A stretch of 63,034 bases of DNA, counting the filler, from Gonapodya sp. JEL0774 (Eukaryota), in NCBI GenBank assembly GCA_027604505.1. It is 18 parts of 18 records of this genome, joined end to end, with 100 filler letters (N's around TTAATTAATTAA, not from the genome) between each part and the next. Parts side by side here need not be neighbours in the genome. Positions count along the whole stretch, not along the records: positions 21,099 to 24,510 come from JADIIX010001306.1; positions 24,611 to 28,021 come from JADIIX010001307.1; positions 28,122 to 31,530 come from JADIIX010001308.1; positions 31,631 to 35,036 come from JADIIX010001309.1; 14 more parts are not named here. One strand, written 5' to 3'. The notes under the pieces are model-generated. The model was given only the letters and a program-made list of their open reading frames with translations, was not told the origin of the DNA and made no database searches. A program made the position numbers and the translations under genes. Positions 21,099 to 35,136 of this stretch are shown piece after piece (the stretch's first letter is position 1; every line of letters starts with the position of its first letter).

Positions 21099-24000
21099 TC
21101 ACTTCGTCACTCCTACCAGCTATGTCTCTCCTTCGTGGCTCGTCGTCTGCATCCGTTGAAGCGTGGAAGATTCTTGGAGGGCTACCATGGGCGGCAAGAA
21201 TGGGTCTGTACGGGGAGTGGAAGAACGCTGTAGGAGTTGATGGTACGACTGGCGCAGAAGGCTGGTGGCCAAGGGTAAGGTCTGAAAAAGATGTCAGAGG
21301 GTTCATGAGGTATGTCACTGTGACTGAAAAATTTGTTGACTTCTGAAATTGTAAACGAGATCAACCACGCCTTCCCTGTGACGAACACACTCGCAAGACG
21401 TCTCTCAGCTGAAACTGTAAAAGTGCATGGTCGGCGACTCGGCAAATTGACCCATTGCGCACCGGTGACCTCTTCCTCGTACCTGGTTTCGCAGATAATT
21501 GTGTATGAGAACCTTTCCTTCCCGTTGGTCGAATCTGCCCGATATATTACGGACCTCACTCTTGACGCATTTTGCTACGCCATGCGGGAGACCTTGCAGA
21601 ACACAGACCGTGGACGCACTACCGACGGCACTCATGCTGCCCCATGGCTTCAAAATCTTGCCCTCTTCGCGGCCGCTGTCGCTAAAAAGTATAGAATGGA
21701 CCTCGAACCATTGCTTCGCCATGTTTTTGAGCAGGCAACAGATGCAGGAGATCCTTGGGACCTCGTTTTGCTGCGGGAGCTGGTGGAAAAGATGGCTGGA
21801 CTTCGTCCGCCATTAAATCCTCCCGCAGCAGCCCAGGTAGAAGCCATGGCGGGTTCCGAAATGCTGCGAAGAGAGATATTTGGTTACGAGAAAGGTGTAC
21901 GGAGAAGTGGTGACAGATTGAAGAAGGGTTTGAAGGATTGTGGCATGCTGGTGGCAATAGCAATAGGAATGGGCCAGCTCCGAGCTCAAGTAGTCTTCGG
22001 AAGTGAGAGGGAAGCCGAGGATTTGAAACCGCTTGGTGGAATGTTTGATCAAGTGAGTGATCTCTCAGATGAAATTGACGTCCGGCAACTCTCTCATTAC
22101 TTCTGGGCGTTACTCGTTGCGAGGTTCAAACTACTTTCACCCAATACGTCGAGTTTCTGACATTGGATTTTAACCCACTCAAATACTCTGAATTGCCCAT
22201 CCCCGATATTGCAAGCCTTTGCGGAAAGTACGGACTAGATCCGGAGATCGCATTCCACTTAAAGCGGCCGCAGCTGGTGCAGGCAATAAATGTGAGCACG
22301 CCTTTTCAGCAGAAATTTGTGTCTTTGTCACACTAAGTAATTGTGCAATATTCCCGTCTGCGTTTGGTGGATTCCAACAGGATTACGACAAACTTCATCC
22401 ACCGTCAACTCAACCTCCTCCGAAGGAACTTGCAGAAGCAACCATGACTACCGAACTGCCCGCAACAACTACCGTTACAGGTGCCGAAGGTGTGGTTATT
22501 CCGAATGGCAATGTGAGATCCGCACACGAAATGGACGTCGATTCGGCCACTGCGCGACTTCAACCAATTCCAGTGAATGAAACTACTCCTGATCCCGTGC
22601 AGCCTTGGATGCTGATGGCTCCTTTCAAGGACGCCAACTATGACGTATGGCATCCGGCCCTTCGGGAAACCATTGTGCAGGCCGCGGGCCTCCTTCCGGC
22701 AGAGACATGGAGCAAAATCAGTCCTCATCTATACGTCACATTTTGGCAACTTTCACTGTACGACTTGTGGATTCCCTCAGAACAATATGGCATTGTTTTG
22801 AAAGATCACGAGGACAAAATTCGGACTTTGAGCAGGACTTTGAGTGAAGCGTCAGCAAGGAAAGCGGACTCAACGACCACAAGAAATTTAGAGAGAGACA
22901 AACAGAGGGAGCAGGCACTAGCTGAGACCATAAGTCGGGATAAGAGAAACCAGGAAGCCAACAAAGCAAAAGTGCTTCACAGGCTCAAGAGGGAGAAGGA
23001 CTTATGGCTGCCGAACTGTGAGTCCGAGATGTACATCAGAGTGAATATTTCTGTTTCGGAAGTATGCCTTCAATCCCTCACCATGCAGACACGTCCAAGC
23101 GGGCGGCAATGGAAGCGTATTCCCTCTTGTTGGACCGTTGTATTCTTCCTCGCGCTTTACTCTCCCATGCAGACGCAGTTTTCGCTGCGAAGTTTGTGAT
23201 TCTTTTGCACGAACTTGACACTGCGAACATCAGCTTTGTATGGCTTATGGATGCTGCGAGTATTCCGATTGTGTGAGCGAGTGGCAAACGTCGTTAAACT
23301 TATGTCAAACCCTTCTCGCCAGACATTCAACCCAATGCAATTGCTTCTCGCCTGTGCCACTGAGAATGAATCACGTCATCTCGGAGCCTTCATCAAATCC
23401 CTACTGAGCGAAGTGCACAGATGGTTCCGATCACAACAGGAATTCCATGAAGTGAGGTCTTGCACTCTGAACTTCCTGTCCTTCCTATATTGTTTCTCAA
23501 CCGTTATATGATGACAGATAGCGCAAGGGCGTCGGGGTCTCACAGCTACTTGGCCCTACAAGCCAGGCAACAATCATTTTGACTGGCAGTTGTTTAAGCG
23601 ACTAGTGTTAATTTGGCACGAGAAATTATGTAGCGTGAGTATGTTTTACCCTTTATTTACGTTTGATAGGTATTAAGCAAACTTGTTAAGGTCTTGGTGG
23701 AGGGTCTCGAATCCAAAGATTATATCAAGTGTCGTAATGCAATCATCGTGATCAACGCATTAATACCCGAATTTCCTCCCACTCGCACACACGTCACTGG
23801 AGAATACAAACAAGCTTATCTCAATGTTGGGCCTGCAGTAGAGCAGACCATCAAGTGGGCTGAGAATGCCGAGTTTGAGGACCTAAAACTGCTTTCGACA
23901 GCCTGTCAAGTGAATCTCAAGAAGGAGTTTGAGAAGGATAGAGTGACATTCCTCACGTCGGAGGATGATTACTTGGGCATTCTTCTTCGGTCCACGTTGT

Positions 24001-24510
24001 CAGGACGGGCGGCGCCATCTTCCGTTCCCCCACCCACAAAGTCAGACACGACATCCACTCCGAGTAGCAAAGCTGACGATCTAAAAACGGCGAGGTGAGC
24101 TCCTTCTTGGTAAACATAGCAAGAGCTTCAAATCTTGACTGATTTGTTTGTAGGTCAAGCAGTTCCAACGTACTTGCACGATCGGATAGTAACAATACCA
24201 CACCACGGAATAATACTTCTATGGCACAGAAAGGTTTGGCGTTGGAGCCAGATGCCAGTAGTATGGACAACCGCCTCCCACCTAGGCCGCCTGTTCCTCC
24301 CTCTCGAACTACCTCTTCACCCGGACCTCCACTCCTCCGCACAAGAGATGACAAGCCTCCATTGCTAGCACCGGCAGGTGCCACATCCTCACTGCGTGAT
24401 TCACATCCTCGAGATATCAGTCTACAATTCCCGCCTTCTAATAACCCTGCACCTGCAGTAGTACCTGAGCAGCGCCCCTCAATCCGCAATGACGACAAAA
24501 AAGGCGGAAC
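21099..24510 (+). CDS. THO2: THO complex subunit 2, internal to 3' part
   Basis: RRLSAETVKVHGRRLGKLTH, WLQNLALF, ISPHLYVTFWQLSLYDLWIP, CILPRALLSHADAVFAAKFV, CATENESRHLG, LESKDYIKCRNAIIV; multiple introns. Confidence 0.93.
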
Positions 24511-26860
24511 NNNNNNNNNNNNNNNNNNNNNNNNNNNNNNNNNNNNNNNNNNNNTTAATTAATTAANNNNNNNNNNNNNNNNNNNNNNNNNNNNNNNNNN
24601 NNNNNNNNNNGGGTTCCATCTGGGTGTTGATGGTGAGTGATCGGAGAAGTGCACAAGGCAACACCAAACTTTAAAAATTCGGAAGACAAGTTTACTTGCA
24701 ATTGGAAATGATCCACTGTGAATGGGGCAGCTGGTAATGTGACACCTCAATAGATCATGCTACCCGTCCTCTGATTGTATACATGTAAGGTCGTCACCGG
24801 CCAAGGTGATATGAGCACAACTTCGTTCCTCAGTGCATCACATATTTGGACTGATCCTATACAAAGCTCTGCTAACTTTGTGAGGAGAAACCAGGCAAGT
24901 TTTTCACCAAACAAGGTTCAAAATGGCAAGGCGATGATCTGCTAGTCCTGCCACCCGAGGACCACAAAGCTCGCAAGGAGATCCAGACACACGCATTTCG
25001 AAAACTACATGGGGGGAGTACGGAGGCCGGCGAGGCACGGCAATCTTGATACGATGAGGCCAACGTGGGAGAATCAGAAATGCGAGTGGAAGTTTGCAAA
25101 CTGTACCCATGATCCACCCCACAGATGAAAGTGGGTGAATGTAAGTGGTAAAATTCGCTGACTTCCATTCGCATCGGCGGGTCCCATGTTTGCAAATTGA
25201 GAGGACCGTGCAACTCACAAAGAGAATGCAGGTGCTTGATAGATGCCAAAAGGGATCGTGCACCAATTCAACAGGAGGCGAATGACTGACGAACCAAGCA
25301 CCAGGGCTCTGAGACAAAGGGAGCAGACAAAACGGAGTTGCGCGCGAGGTGCTCCTAGCAGTGGTGCCAACTCAGCTCACACAAAAAGGGAGACGAGACA
25401 ATCACTCGATCTGGAAAGTCCTCTTCATGAGTATGTGACAAGTCGAGAGATCCCTAAGCGCAAAGGCTATCTCCAACGCTATTCCTTGAGCGGTTTGCCT
25501 CTCGAATAATTATGGGATGGATGTGACGAACTGTCGTTGAGCTGCAAGTGAAAGACTGACGTGCTGCTCCCCCGCCATTTGACTGATCATGGGGACCATG
25601 GCAGGTCCAAAAGATAGCACGTTGCTTAGGAAAATCCGTCACACAATTCGAATCCAGAGCACTGCAAAGATGGTGAACAGGGAAAAGTTGACAATAATGG
25701 GAGAGCCGCGGTGCTCTAAATTGCGAGTTCATCGCAACGCTGTGGGTGACCCAAACTCAAAAGTCAAACTGACCCAGTTTAAACAATAGCATAGCGCGAT
25801 GTCCTCTCGGACCGCGATTCACAGAGAGTGGGGCAGCTGGAAATGAGACTCCATCAAAATGATTCTCGATGACTGCACCAGGAGCACTCTTCTGGCACAC
25901 GTACAGACGCGAGACAAAAGATAAAAAGGTGCTATACACAGGAAGTCCGGACGGAATACGCGCAGTGACGATCGGGATACAAAGAGCAACAAGTGATGCC
26001 ACGTCATTTGACAGAGAAGAGTAGAAGGCTTCGCCCGTAACCCTTCGGCCAAAGGAACGGTGAGCATCCAAAAGGAATCCAGAACTTCGCAGCCGTCAAC
26101 CGTGGGGTGGGTATGCACAACAAGTGATTGGTCGAAAGCCAAGGAGTTGCGGACTTTGTGGTGGTCACTGGTGGTCACTGGTCGCCCATTACTGGCCGCC
26201 CCAAACATCAACCCTTGATGGGAAAGCCAACAGCACACACTACATCGAAAAATCGAACACAGCAAACAATAGCTTTATCAGAAAGTTGAATGTTGAGAAA
26301 TCAAGAGCCCTTCATGTCTTCAGACGCGGGTACCGCATCGCCCGGAGGACTCTGGCGATTGCAGCCAGTGCATCAAGATTCCAGCATCGAAACAGCGTAA
26401 AGAATAAGAATGCTCGCAATCGCAAGACTCAAAAATGAGATTCTCGGCGTTGTTCCCTGGCATTTTTTTGCTTGAGCTCAGCCTCCTCCGGCTTAGTGTG
26501 GCGCAGCGCACTCGCCAATTCTGGCCAGGTTTCGAAACATATATCAGCCGCCCACACCGTTCCACTCCCCACGTTCAGCACCTTCATTCGTATCTTTCCC
26601 AGAGTCGGAAAGATCTTCCCAAACTAGGTGCATTCTTTGCAACCCAAAATGCGACGATGCCAGCGCGGAATTCTGATTGCATTTTGTTCCTTTTCTGTGG
26701 TTTCATCCTCATGCTCGCGTCGTCGTATTCCTCACACGCCCTGTCCCCGCGCATGCTCCGCGTGTCCGCCTTGCATCACAGTCCTCCCCTACGAGTTTGG
26801 CGTACAGCGGTCCCGGAGGCCCTTCCCATAACAAGGCCTCCCCTTGCCGCACTTCGCTAG

Positions 26861-28021
26861 CTCACCAAAGCTAGTCACTCGATTTCAGCCTCGACAAGCA
26901 CAACTTCTTCTTTCAATTCCGACAATGTTCGGCCTACCAAGCAACCAGATCGATTTTACTCTGATGTCTTCTCGTACTCGCAACAAGTACCTGCAGCGCT
27001 CGACACCGCCTGCCGGAGGGTTGGCGGACTGCCGACGAACTGCGCTGGCTTACTCGGCGACGCAGCGACATCCGACGGCCAAGACGGCTTCGGACAGGCT
27101 AGCAGCCTTGTCGACTTAGACCTCAATTCGTTTGAGGGTGTTGAGTGGGACTTCAATGGTGAGTTCACGCGCAACGTGTGCATCGCGGTTCATAGAACAT
27201 GCATCTCACTGTTGGACTACTCGAACTACTTCAATTGCAGTCCCGCTCGACTCCACCAACGATCTGTTCAACGCCATTTTCTCCGGCTCCGACATCTCTT
27301 CCACCGGCACCACCGCGGCTTTCGACAACGTCGTAGCATCCGCATCCGAATTCGTTTCTCTTGTCGACCCCGCTGCCTTCGCAGTGACCGACGAGGACAC
27401 CGCACTCTTCCTCAATGACAAGTCGGTCGAGCAGCTCCTCGACGATCTCGTTCTGTTCCAGACCACCACAGCCACCGAACAGGCCGTCGAGTTTGCAGCA
27501 GCTCCCGCACCTTTTGCCGACCAGGCCGCTTTTGTTCAAACAGCCGCCGAGGTCGAGGTCGCTCTGCCCGTGACCCAGTGCGACTCTTCCAATTTCCAAC
27601 TCAACCTGGACTCTCTCTCCACTACCGACTTGGCCGCCCTCGTCGCCGTCGCCCAAACTAACCCGCAGTTGGTCGCGGAACTCGTCAAGGGAATGGGACT
27701 CACGCTCGACACGCCGTCTGTATCGAACTGTTCCACCAACCTCGACTTTGACCTCGAGTTCAACCTCGGTCTCGACATGGCGTCGTTCAACGCCATGGAC
27801 CTGGACCTCGACACAGCCATGTCCCCGTCCAACACATCGCTCCGCTCCACGTCCCCGGAGCTCACCTGCGCGGGAGCGGTCGCGACCTCTTCTCCGACTT
27901 CGGTGACTGCAAAGACACCGTCGCGGGCGAACAAGGCCAAGGCGCCCCCGGCAGGAGGGCCGGCGAGGCCGTATGCGTGCACGGTGAGGATTGTTTGATG
28001 CGTTTGTTCTCTTATCGTTGT
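26861..28021 (+). CDS. Probable C2H2 zinc-finger transcription factor; acidic region up to the first finger
   Basis: Long acidic/hydrophobic frame (intron ~27159..27240) ending ARPYACT, followed by a GTGAGG donor. Start codon not resolved. Confidence 0.6.
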
Positions 28022-28121
28022 NNNNNNNNNNNNNNNNNNNNNNNNNNNNNNNNNNNNNNNNNNNNTTAATTAATTAANNNNNNNNNNNNNNNNNNNNNNN
28101 NNNNNNNNNNNNNNNNNNNNN

Positions 28122-28545
28122 CGATTATACGCACTGTGTCCGTTGTTACGTTCGCTCGCGCTGCGTTTACTGCCAGCACTTTTTTGAGGCAGCGAAATCG
28201 CTTAACGGTTGGGCTCCGCTCGCGGAGCATACCTGCTCTTTTTGCCGTGATTGTTACTCTGTGTGCCCATCCTGCGCTGACAAAGTCGTACAGTGCGGCA
28301 TATCCAACTGCCACAAAGAAATGTGCACAAACTGTGCTCAGATCCAATATGCGCTCTTGCCCTGTTGCGATGAGCCATTGTGCCCTTCATGTGAGATTGG
28401 TGGTGGCGGGAGGGTCATGCACGATTGCGCACCGTCGGAGGAGTCTTACTTAATCGAGGATGTCGTGTCGGCCGATTCATGGCCACTCGGCGAAGATTTG
28501 GGGGACTCTGAGCCTGAAAAAGATGATGATTGGGACGACATGTAA
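28122..28545 (+). CDS. Cys-rich protein 3' end, tandem paralog of the F-box gene at 28916
   Basis: CCDEPLCPSCEIG...MHDCAPSEE...SADSW...DSEPEKDDDWDDM* parallels DCEEPLCPVCEID...IHECPPSDL...SGGSW...DSGPEDDFGWDDI*. Confidence 0.75.
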
Positions 28546-28915
28546 CAGACATTCGGTGCCTCTAGAGAGAGACTTGAAAGCGTATCGCCAGATCTGCAGG
28601 CGAGCGAAGTAGCTCGCGTTTGATCACGTAGCTATTTCTGCGATTTGCAACCTGAACTCATGATCAGGACTTGCTTAGTTGCTGAAATTTTACGTCCAAA
28701 AGTCAGTACGGTCATATGTCATATTGTTAACAGTAATAATACCACCCTGGTACACTCACTGTTCCTTGCTCAAAACTCCCGAGAATTGGACCGTCAAATG
28801 CGAAGAGAATCTGTACCCTGCACTGGGCTGTCCCTTCCAGCATTTCGTAAATCCAGTCCCACGTCCCATCACCAATCCGTCTTAGGTCGCAAGGCAATCT
28901 CTCTGTCCCCGAATC

Positions 28916-30163
28916 ATGGCGGCCTCTTCCTTCATCTCCGAAATGCCCCTGGAAGCTCTCCAATCCGTCGGCTCCTTTCTCCCCCTCATCCCCATCCTCC
29001 GCCTCGGAGCAACATGTCGCTCCCTTCGCCGAATTCTGAGCATTCCCGCTATCTGGGAGCGATTGGACTTTTCGGGTGTCGGCTCTCGTCTCCAGGATGA
29101 TCAATATCACGACCTACTTTGGCAAATCGCTCGGTGGATTGCTCCGTCCCTGGCCACCTCAGTGACGCTCGCATGGGCCCGGTTGACGTCAAGTCTTCGA
29201 GATGTAGTTATTGACGGAACAGACATTACTATTTGGACAGCCGTGAAGCTTCTACAGTATCCAGCGATCACCCGTCTATCGATGAACAAATGCTACAAAG
29301 TCGATATGGAAGCTCTGCTCCGAATGCTGGAGTCTCGAAAATACTCCAATTCTCGATCGGAGCAGGAGCAAACCAACGAGTGCGGTGTGCCTGAGCTCCG
29401 ATATCTCGATCTCCGGCAAGTACTGGGGAGAGGGTACGGAGCACACTTTGGAGTCACGAAGATTGCGGACATTTGTATCAAAGCGTTCCCACAACTCAAA
29501 TGCATTCGACCTGCAGCTTGTAGTTCCTGCAAGGAAAGACCCATTCTCTCGGATATCAGATTGTTCACCCAACACCTGCGAGTCTCAGATTCCCCATCTC
29601 CACAAGACGACACCCTCTGTCTTGAATGTCACGTTCAATCGCACTGCTTTCATTGCGAGCAATATTTTGTGGACGCTCAAAGTTGTAATGGTTGGGCTCC
29701 ACTCGTGACGCAAAACTGCTCCTCGTGTGGTACCTGGTTTTCTGTTTGCCCTTCTTGCCTTGGCAAAGAGCCACTTTGCGCAGCAGAAAACTGTTTTGCG
29801 ACATTATGCAAGAAATGTCACCAGAATGGAAAATTCTGCGTCTGCGCTAAATGTGGATTTGGCCCGGCGTGTGATGACCATGTCATGTATGGAAGGAACT
29901 GTGACGTTGCGAAAGCCAACGACAATGCAACTTGCCGTCCATTTTGCGAGCCTTGTCGCGAATCAATGCGCTGCTGTGGTGATTGTGAGGAGCCCTTGTG
30001 TCCAGTGTGCGAGATTGACAGTGACGGTGAAGACATACACGAGTGCCCGCCTTCGGATCTGGACTCATTTGACGAGGACGACATATCGGGGGGGTCATGG
30101 GCAAACAGTGATGATTTTGTGGACTCTGGTCCAGAAGATGACTTTGGATGGGATGACATATAG
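28916..30163 (+). CDS. F-box protein with LRR-like middle, many CxxC pairs and an acidic tail
   Basis: Intronless 415 aa; ISEMPLEALQSVGSFLP...LRLGATCRSLRRIL...IWERLDF is F-box-like; about a dozen CxxC-type motifs in the C-terminal half. Confidence 0.8.
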   Translation: MAASSFISEMPLEALQSVGSFLPLIPILRLGATCRSLRRILSIPAIWERLDFSGVGSRLQDDQYHDLLWQIARWIAPSLATSVTLAWARLTSSLRDVVIDGTDITIWTAVKLLQYPAITRLSMNKCYKVDMEALLRMLESRKYSNSRSEQEQTNECGVPELRYLDLRQVLGRGYGAHFGVTKIADICIKAFPQLKCIRPAACSSCKERPILSDIRLFTQHLRVSDSPSPQDDTLCLECHVQSHCFHCEQYFVDAQSCNGWAPLVTQNCSSCGTWFSVCPSCLGKEPLCAAENCFATLCKKCHQNGKFCVCAKCGFGPACDDHVMYGRNCDVAKANDNATCRPFCEPCRESMRCCGDCEEPLCPVCEIDSDGEDIHECPPSDLDSFDEDDISGGSWANSDDFVDSGPEDDFGWDDI

Positions 30164-31630
30164 GCGGGGGAGCGCGTATATTGGCGACATAATTACAGTG
30201 GCAGGAATGTGGTTGGCACAGTCGACTCAAATTGAACGAAATGAACACGAACAATCGGTGATAGTTCTGTAATAACCTCTGAGATTCCATCAATCCCCGA
30301 CTCCCCTTCAGCAACGAGAAACCCACAACTCGCACGAGCATGTCCCTTACTTGTTGGTTTTCACAACACACGAGCATCAAACCCATCTCTGCTTGTTTTT
30401 GAGCACTGCTCTTGCGTGGGCTCCAGTAGCATCTTGTACTACATATATCAAAAATACCGGCACCAACTCGCGACAGAGAAGCCCGAAGGTTGAGTGAAAC
30501 TCGCGAAGACAAATCTGTGGTGTCTGAGAGGTAACGCAACATGAGAGCGGAGAATACTGCGTCGCTGTCGGGTCCCGCGATCGACGGTCTCCCTCCCTCC
30601 AAGAGAGAGGTGAACTGTTCGCCACCGGACACCGGCGCCCAGGACACGCCGCGAGGAGGCCGTTCACCAAAGTGTCCCATGACAAGAAGACAGATCACTG
30701 TTCCTTTCGCGCCTTCCTCTTAGAGTCTGTTCCTCGTGTCCTTTGCGTCCCCGGAATCAAACGTCGATTCCCAGCCTCGCCCCGGAGATGACGGGAGCAG
30801 CGAGCAGTCAGGTCTGTTGGGGGTAGTGGGAATAAAGCCGGGGACCCAACAGACGGGCCCACCAGGGGTGTTTTCTACATTCGAGATGGCATCCCATCAG
30901 CCCGCCAACCTCCTGGCTGTTGGCCCCGGCATTCGGTTCGCCTCTTCTTGAAGGACTCTCGTTCATATCTATATTCTCCTCATGCAAATACTTTAGAGCA
31001 TAAATATTGAATCTCTTCCCCCATAACACTCAATATCCTGAGTACTCCCCGGAAGTCTGTTTATGGATAAGCGACGGTGAAGGTACAGTTCCTGAGTACG
31101 TAATTCACGAGCAGCAACAACGCGAGAGGGGCCAATGTCAGCTCTTCGTTCTTGAGAAACCAAGACACGACTCTCTCACCCATAGGAAGAAGAAACACAT
31201 TTCGACTTGATGTACGACAGCACAACGGTAGAGTACGACGCGATAGCGCTGATCGATGACAGTGTGGCGTTTGACGTTACTCCATGGTATCAGTTGCTCA
31301 TCACCGCGTGAAACACTCACTAAGCGTATCCGTTCGCAAAGTCACCCTGTACGTCAACAAAGAAAACTCATGAGCACGAAACCGCTTATCCGCACTACAG
31401 CCTCTCCACAAAAGAGCCCCACAACGCAACGTACGTCCACATCTCCATACTGCTGCCATATCTTGGCCGTCGCGTTGTAAATGACGGGTTGGTGAACTTG
31501 GTTCGAGTTCCCTCGGACGTACACGAACGGNNNNNNNNNNNNNNNNNNNNNNNNNNNNNNNNNNNNNNNNNNNNTTAATTAATTAANNNNNNNNNNNNNN
31601 NNNNNNNNNNNNNNNNNNNNNNNNNNNNNN

Positions 31631-33763
31631 CTCCTCACGCGACCTCCGCATCGTCCCCTCACACCCGCTTTGTCCCCTGAACTCCTCGGTGATCAGTCCA
31701 TCCCACTCAACCTCCCTTTCTCTCCGCTTCCCTTCCCTGCGCTTCCATCACCTCCTGCGACCCCATCATGTTCAACCACTGCGGCGGCCGATCCGCAACT
31801 CCTTGCCCGCCTCCTTGCCGCCTTGAACGATCCCGTAAAATTTGTCGGCATTCTGGCATCTCAAATTACCGCGGCGATAGCCACCAACAGCGGAACTTCT
31901 CAATCCCTCGCCACGCCGCCGAGTGCGAATACTCCACCGATCACGACACCTGCAGACCTCGAAGCTGCTGCGGCGGCCGCCGTAGCTGCCGCTGGTCTCT
32001 CCGCTGCTGCGCTGGCTGGAAGCTTAGGATGTGTTGCCGCTCTCACAGGAGGAAGCGATCTGGGGGTTTCCAAGGACTGTGACTCCGCGACTGGCACAGT
32101 TTGTTTGTTTGACGACGTCTGCCTCACATCGTGTGAGCCGAAGTGCGTCAGTATGGCTGAAATATGCTCGGAATATGTTGAGCGATCGGGACCTTCTTCC
32201 TTGTCGACACAAAAGCGTACCCGGTCTGAATCTCCGTTCTCAACCACGTACGCGGAATCCGATGAAGACCACCACGCCGACGAATCATCTCCCGAATCTC
32301 CGCTCCTCTTCTCCGGCCGTCCCACGAAACGTGCCTGTCCTTCCACGCGGGCAGCCATGGTGCAACCGTTCGTCACAGCGCCGATGATGAGTTCCAAACC
32401 GCAGCTGCCTCCAAAAGATAGGGAAGCCGAGCTTGCGAAGAAGAGAGAGAGGGAACGGAAGAGGAGGGAAGATAAACGGAGGGCAGAGGAGGAGAGGCGG
32501 AAGTCGAGGAGCAAGGTGAGCTGCCCTTGCTTTTCAAATCTAACGATCGATGCCGTTGCTAGCGCTGCTGCAACTTGTGGTCTACACTAGCATACTGCCG
32601 CAGCCATCGCCGCTAGAGCAGCAGCACAAGCTGAAACGGCCGCACGAGCCGCAGCTGAAGTTGTCGGATCAGTTGACGCTCAGGCAGTGGTAGAATCTTC
32701 GGCGTCGTCGGATTCAGGCACCTCTCTCCCCGTTTCCGTTTCGGCCTCGCCGGTGCTGGATATTGCTTCAGGATTGCCGTCACCACCCGCCGCAGTTCAT
32801 AACGGGGTGTCAGAAAGCTCTCTCCCCCGAGACTCCGACACCATTACAGTGGAAACCCCAGCAGAAACTTCCGTTCCGCTTGCACCGACTTCAACCAGTA
32901 CGCAACAGGAAACACCATCGACTCCTCCCCCATCTCCGGCCAAAACTTCTCCGCCATCTCCCACCAACACTTCTCCACCAATGCCGATCATCATAGCAGT
33001 GACGCCCGCGCCCGTTTCATCTGCAGGGTCGACCGAATCCATTCCCGCTTCTCGCTTCCACTCGGGTAGTAAGGCCACCATCTCCAATAACCCCGCTCGT
33101 CCGCGTATCACTCCCGGCGCCGTTTCTGCAATGGTAAGACTTTCGACTCCGAGTCCTGGCTTGGTCCGCAAGACTATTCCTCCTTCCATCCGCCCCGTGT
33201 CCCGTTCTCCGACAACCGACAGTTCTGACGATTGTGCTAGTCTCGCAGGCACGGAATCCGAGGAGTCGATATCTGTCAAGGCCGCTGGAGCGTTACTTAT
33301 CGGAAGGCCGATGTCCGCGTTGTTACCTCCGGGTCAGAAGCGGACTTTTGTTTGTTCGGTGCGAGGGTGTGGGAAGAGTTACAAGAATGCCAATGGATTG
33401 AAATACCATGAGCAGGTGGGTTTCGATACAGCGGCTTCCGTCAGCGGTCGGTTATCGTGGTCGTACTCACTTTACTCCCCATTCATCAGCACGGCCATTA
33501 CACTGACACGGGCGATCCGACCCTGAACGCCATCATCAACAAGCCGTACATGTGTACAATCCCCAATTGTGGCAAGCGATACAAGAACCCGAACGGTTTG
33601 AAGTATCATATTGAACACGGTGAGTTTCAAGCAATTGTTGTGTGGCTACAATCAAAGCTAATATATTTTTCGTGCGCCAGCTCACTCAAACTTCTTGTCG
33701 AATCTCACCGGCGAGTCACCTAGTGCCACCCGGACGCCTGTCCCGAAGGTCGCGACCACGTGA
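31631..33763 (+). CDS. Sfp1/JAZF1-type C2H2 zinc-finger transcription factor, 5' truncated
   Basis: FVCSVRGCGKSYKNANGLKYHEQ|HGH...KPYMCTIPNCGKRYKNPNGLKYHIEH|AHS; YKNxNGLKYH is typical of Sfp1-like fingers. Confidence 0.85.
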
Positions 33764-34402
33764 TTCATCCACCCGTGATAAGTCATGATCCGACCAACCG
33801 CTCGCAGCATTTCTCTATCCAAGCGTGACGTTGCTGGCTCCGATATGCGACGATTCCTGTCGTTCACCTCAGTGAGATCGTTCTGAGATCACTCCACAAT
33901 ATCACGATACCCCACCTCTTTGTATCATACTCCATTTTTGGCCTCGCTGTACGATTTATTGCCCTTTACACTTCTCTGGGACATTTTCTGTCTACAACCA
34001 GCATTGTACAGTATGCCACTTCAATCGTTAGAAAAAGTTCTACTGCGTGGCCATCTATTCTGTACAACTAAATTAGATTTTTGTTACCATTACACGACGC
34101 CCATTCAATCGTTTATGAAGTAGACTAATTTGAATTGCGTGAACTTGCAAATCTGGTGCCATCAACATGCGCAGTCGCGGAGAGTGCTGAATGATGCATT
34201 GTATTCAGCCGTGATGCACAACATTTTCACTTACCGTACGAAAAGGGCGCATATGTCATTAACTCTCTGTCTTTGGCAAGACTCTGGCTCTGAAAGTCTC
34301 GGAGTTCTGAGTTCGTCAATGTAATTGCACTACCGTAATACCAATACTATCTTTCTACGATCCTCAAACGAATTCGAGTGGAGATACATAAGAATATCAG
34401 TG

Positions 34403-35036
34403 TCACAGCCCCGTATACGAAAACACAATACCACCATAAGGCATCAAATCATTCTCATCCCCGATCCTCAGGACGACGCGCGGCTCCACCACCCCTCTCC
34501 CCTCTTCCTCATCTCTCTTGATACCGCTTTCCACAAGCCACAGTCGCGTTGCGTCGCTTCCCTTCTCCCGCACCATGTTCAGCACCTTGTGGCCGTCCAG
34601 CCCTGCGCCTTCGCACACGGGCGTCACGTACCACCCAAACACAACGTCGACCATGAGACCGACAAACCGGTTGGCTTCGGCATGCGATGTGGTGGCGAGG
34701 AGGGCAGCGTGGGCGCGGAGACATGAGGGGTCGATATTGGCGGCGGAAAGGACTGAGACCACACGCTTGTAAAGGCGACGGTCAAGAAGCGCCGATACCA
34801 CCTGAAATTGACGTCAAAGGTATACGCGGCGACAGGGAACCGGTGTGAGATAACAACAAAACCATTTCAGGATCGCAAAACAACCGGCGCGCACTTTAAT
34901 CATCGCAGCCTCCGTATTCGCTCTTGCATAAACGACCAGCGCCAACGCATCATCCCCCGCCCGCTGCACGAGATCTCCCAGTTCCATCGAGCACTGCACG
35001 CGCCAACCGCAAACCATCCGCGTCAGAGTCTGGGCG
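34403..35036 (-). CDS. Hypothetical protein, 3' part
   Basis: Two exons (...ANTEAAMIK | VVSALLDRRLYKR...YTGL*) joined by a GTGCGC..TTTCAG intron; coding-like GC bias; family not recognised. Confidence 0.55.
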
Positions 35037-35136
35037 NNNNNNNNNNNNNNNNNNNNNNNNNNNNNNNNNNNNNNNNNNNNTTAATTAATTAANNNNNNNN
35101 NNNNNNNNNNNNNNNNNNNNNNNNNNNNNNNNNNNN

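Noticed and set aside
30270..31530. Spliced minus-strand gene
   Set aside because: Exon-like pieces exist (PFVYVRGNSNQVHQPVIYNATAKIWQQYGDVD) but I could not build a consistent model or name a product.
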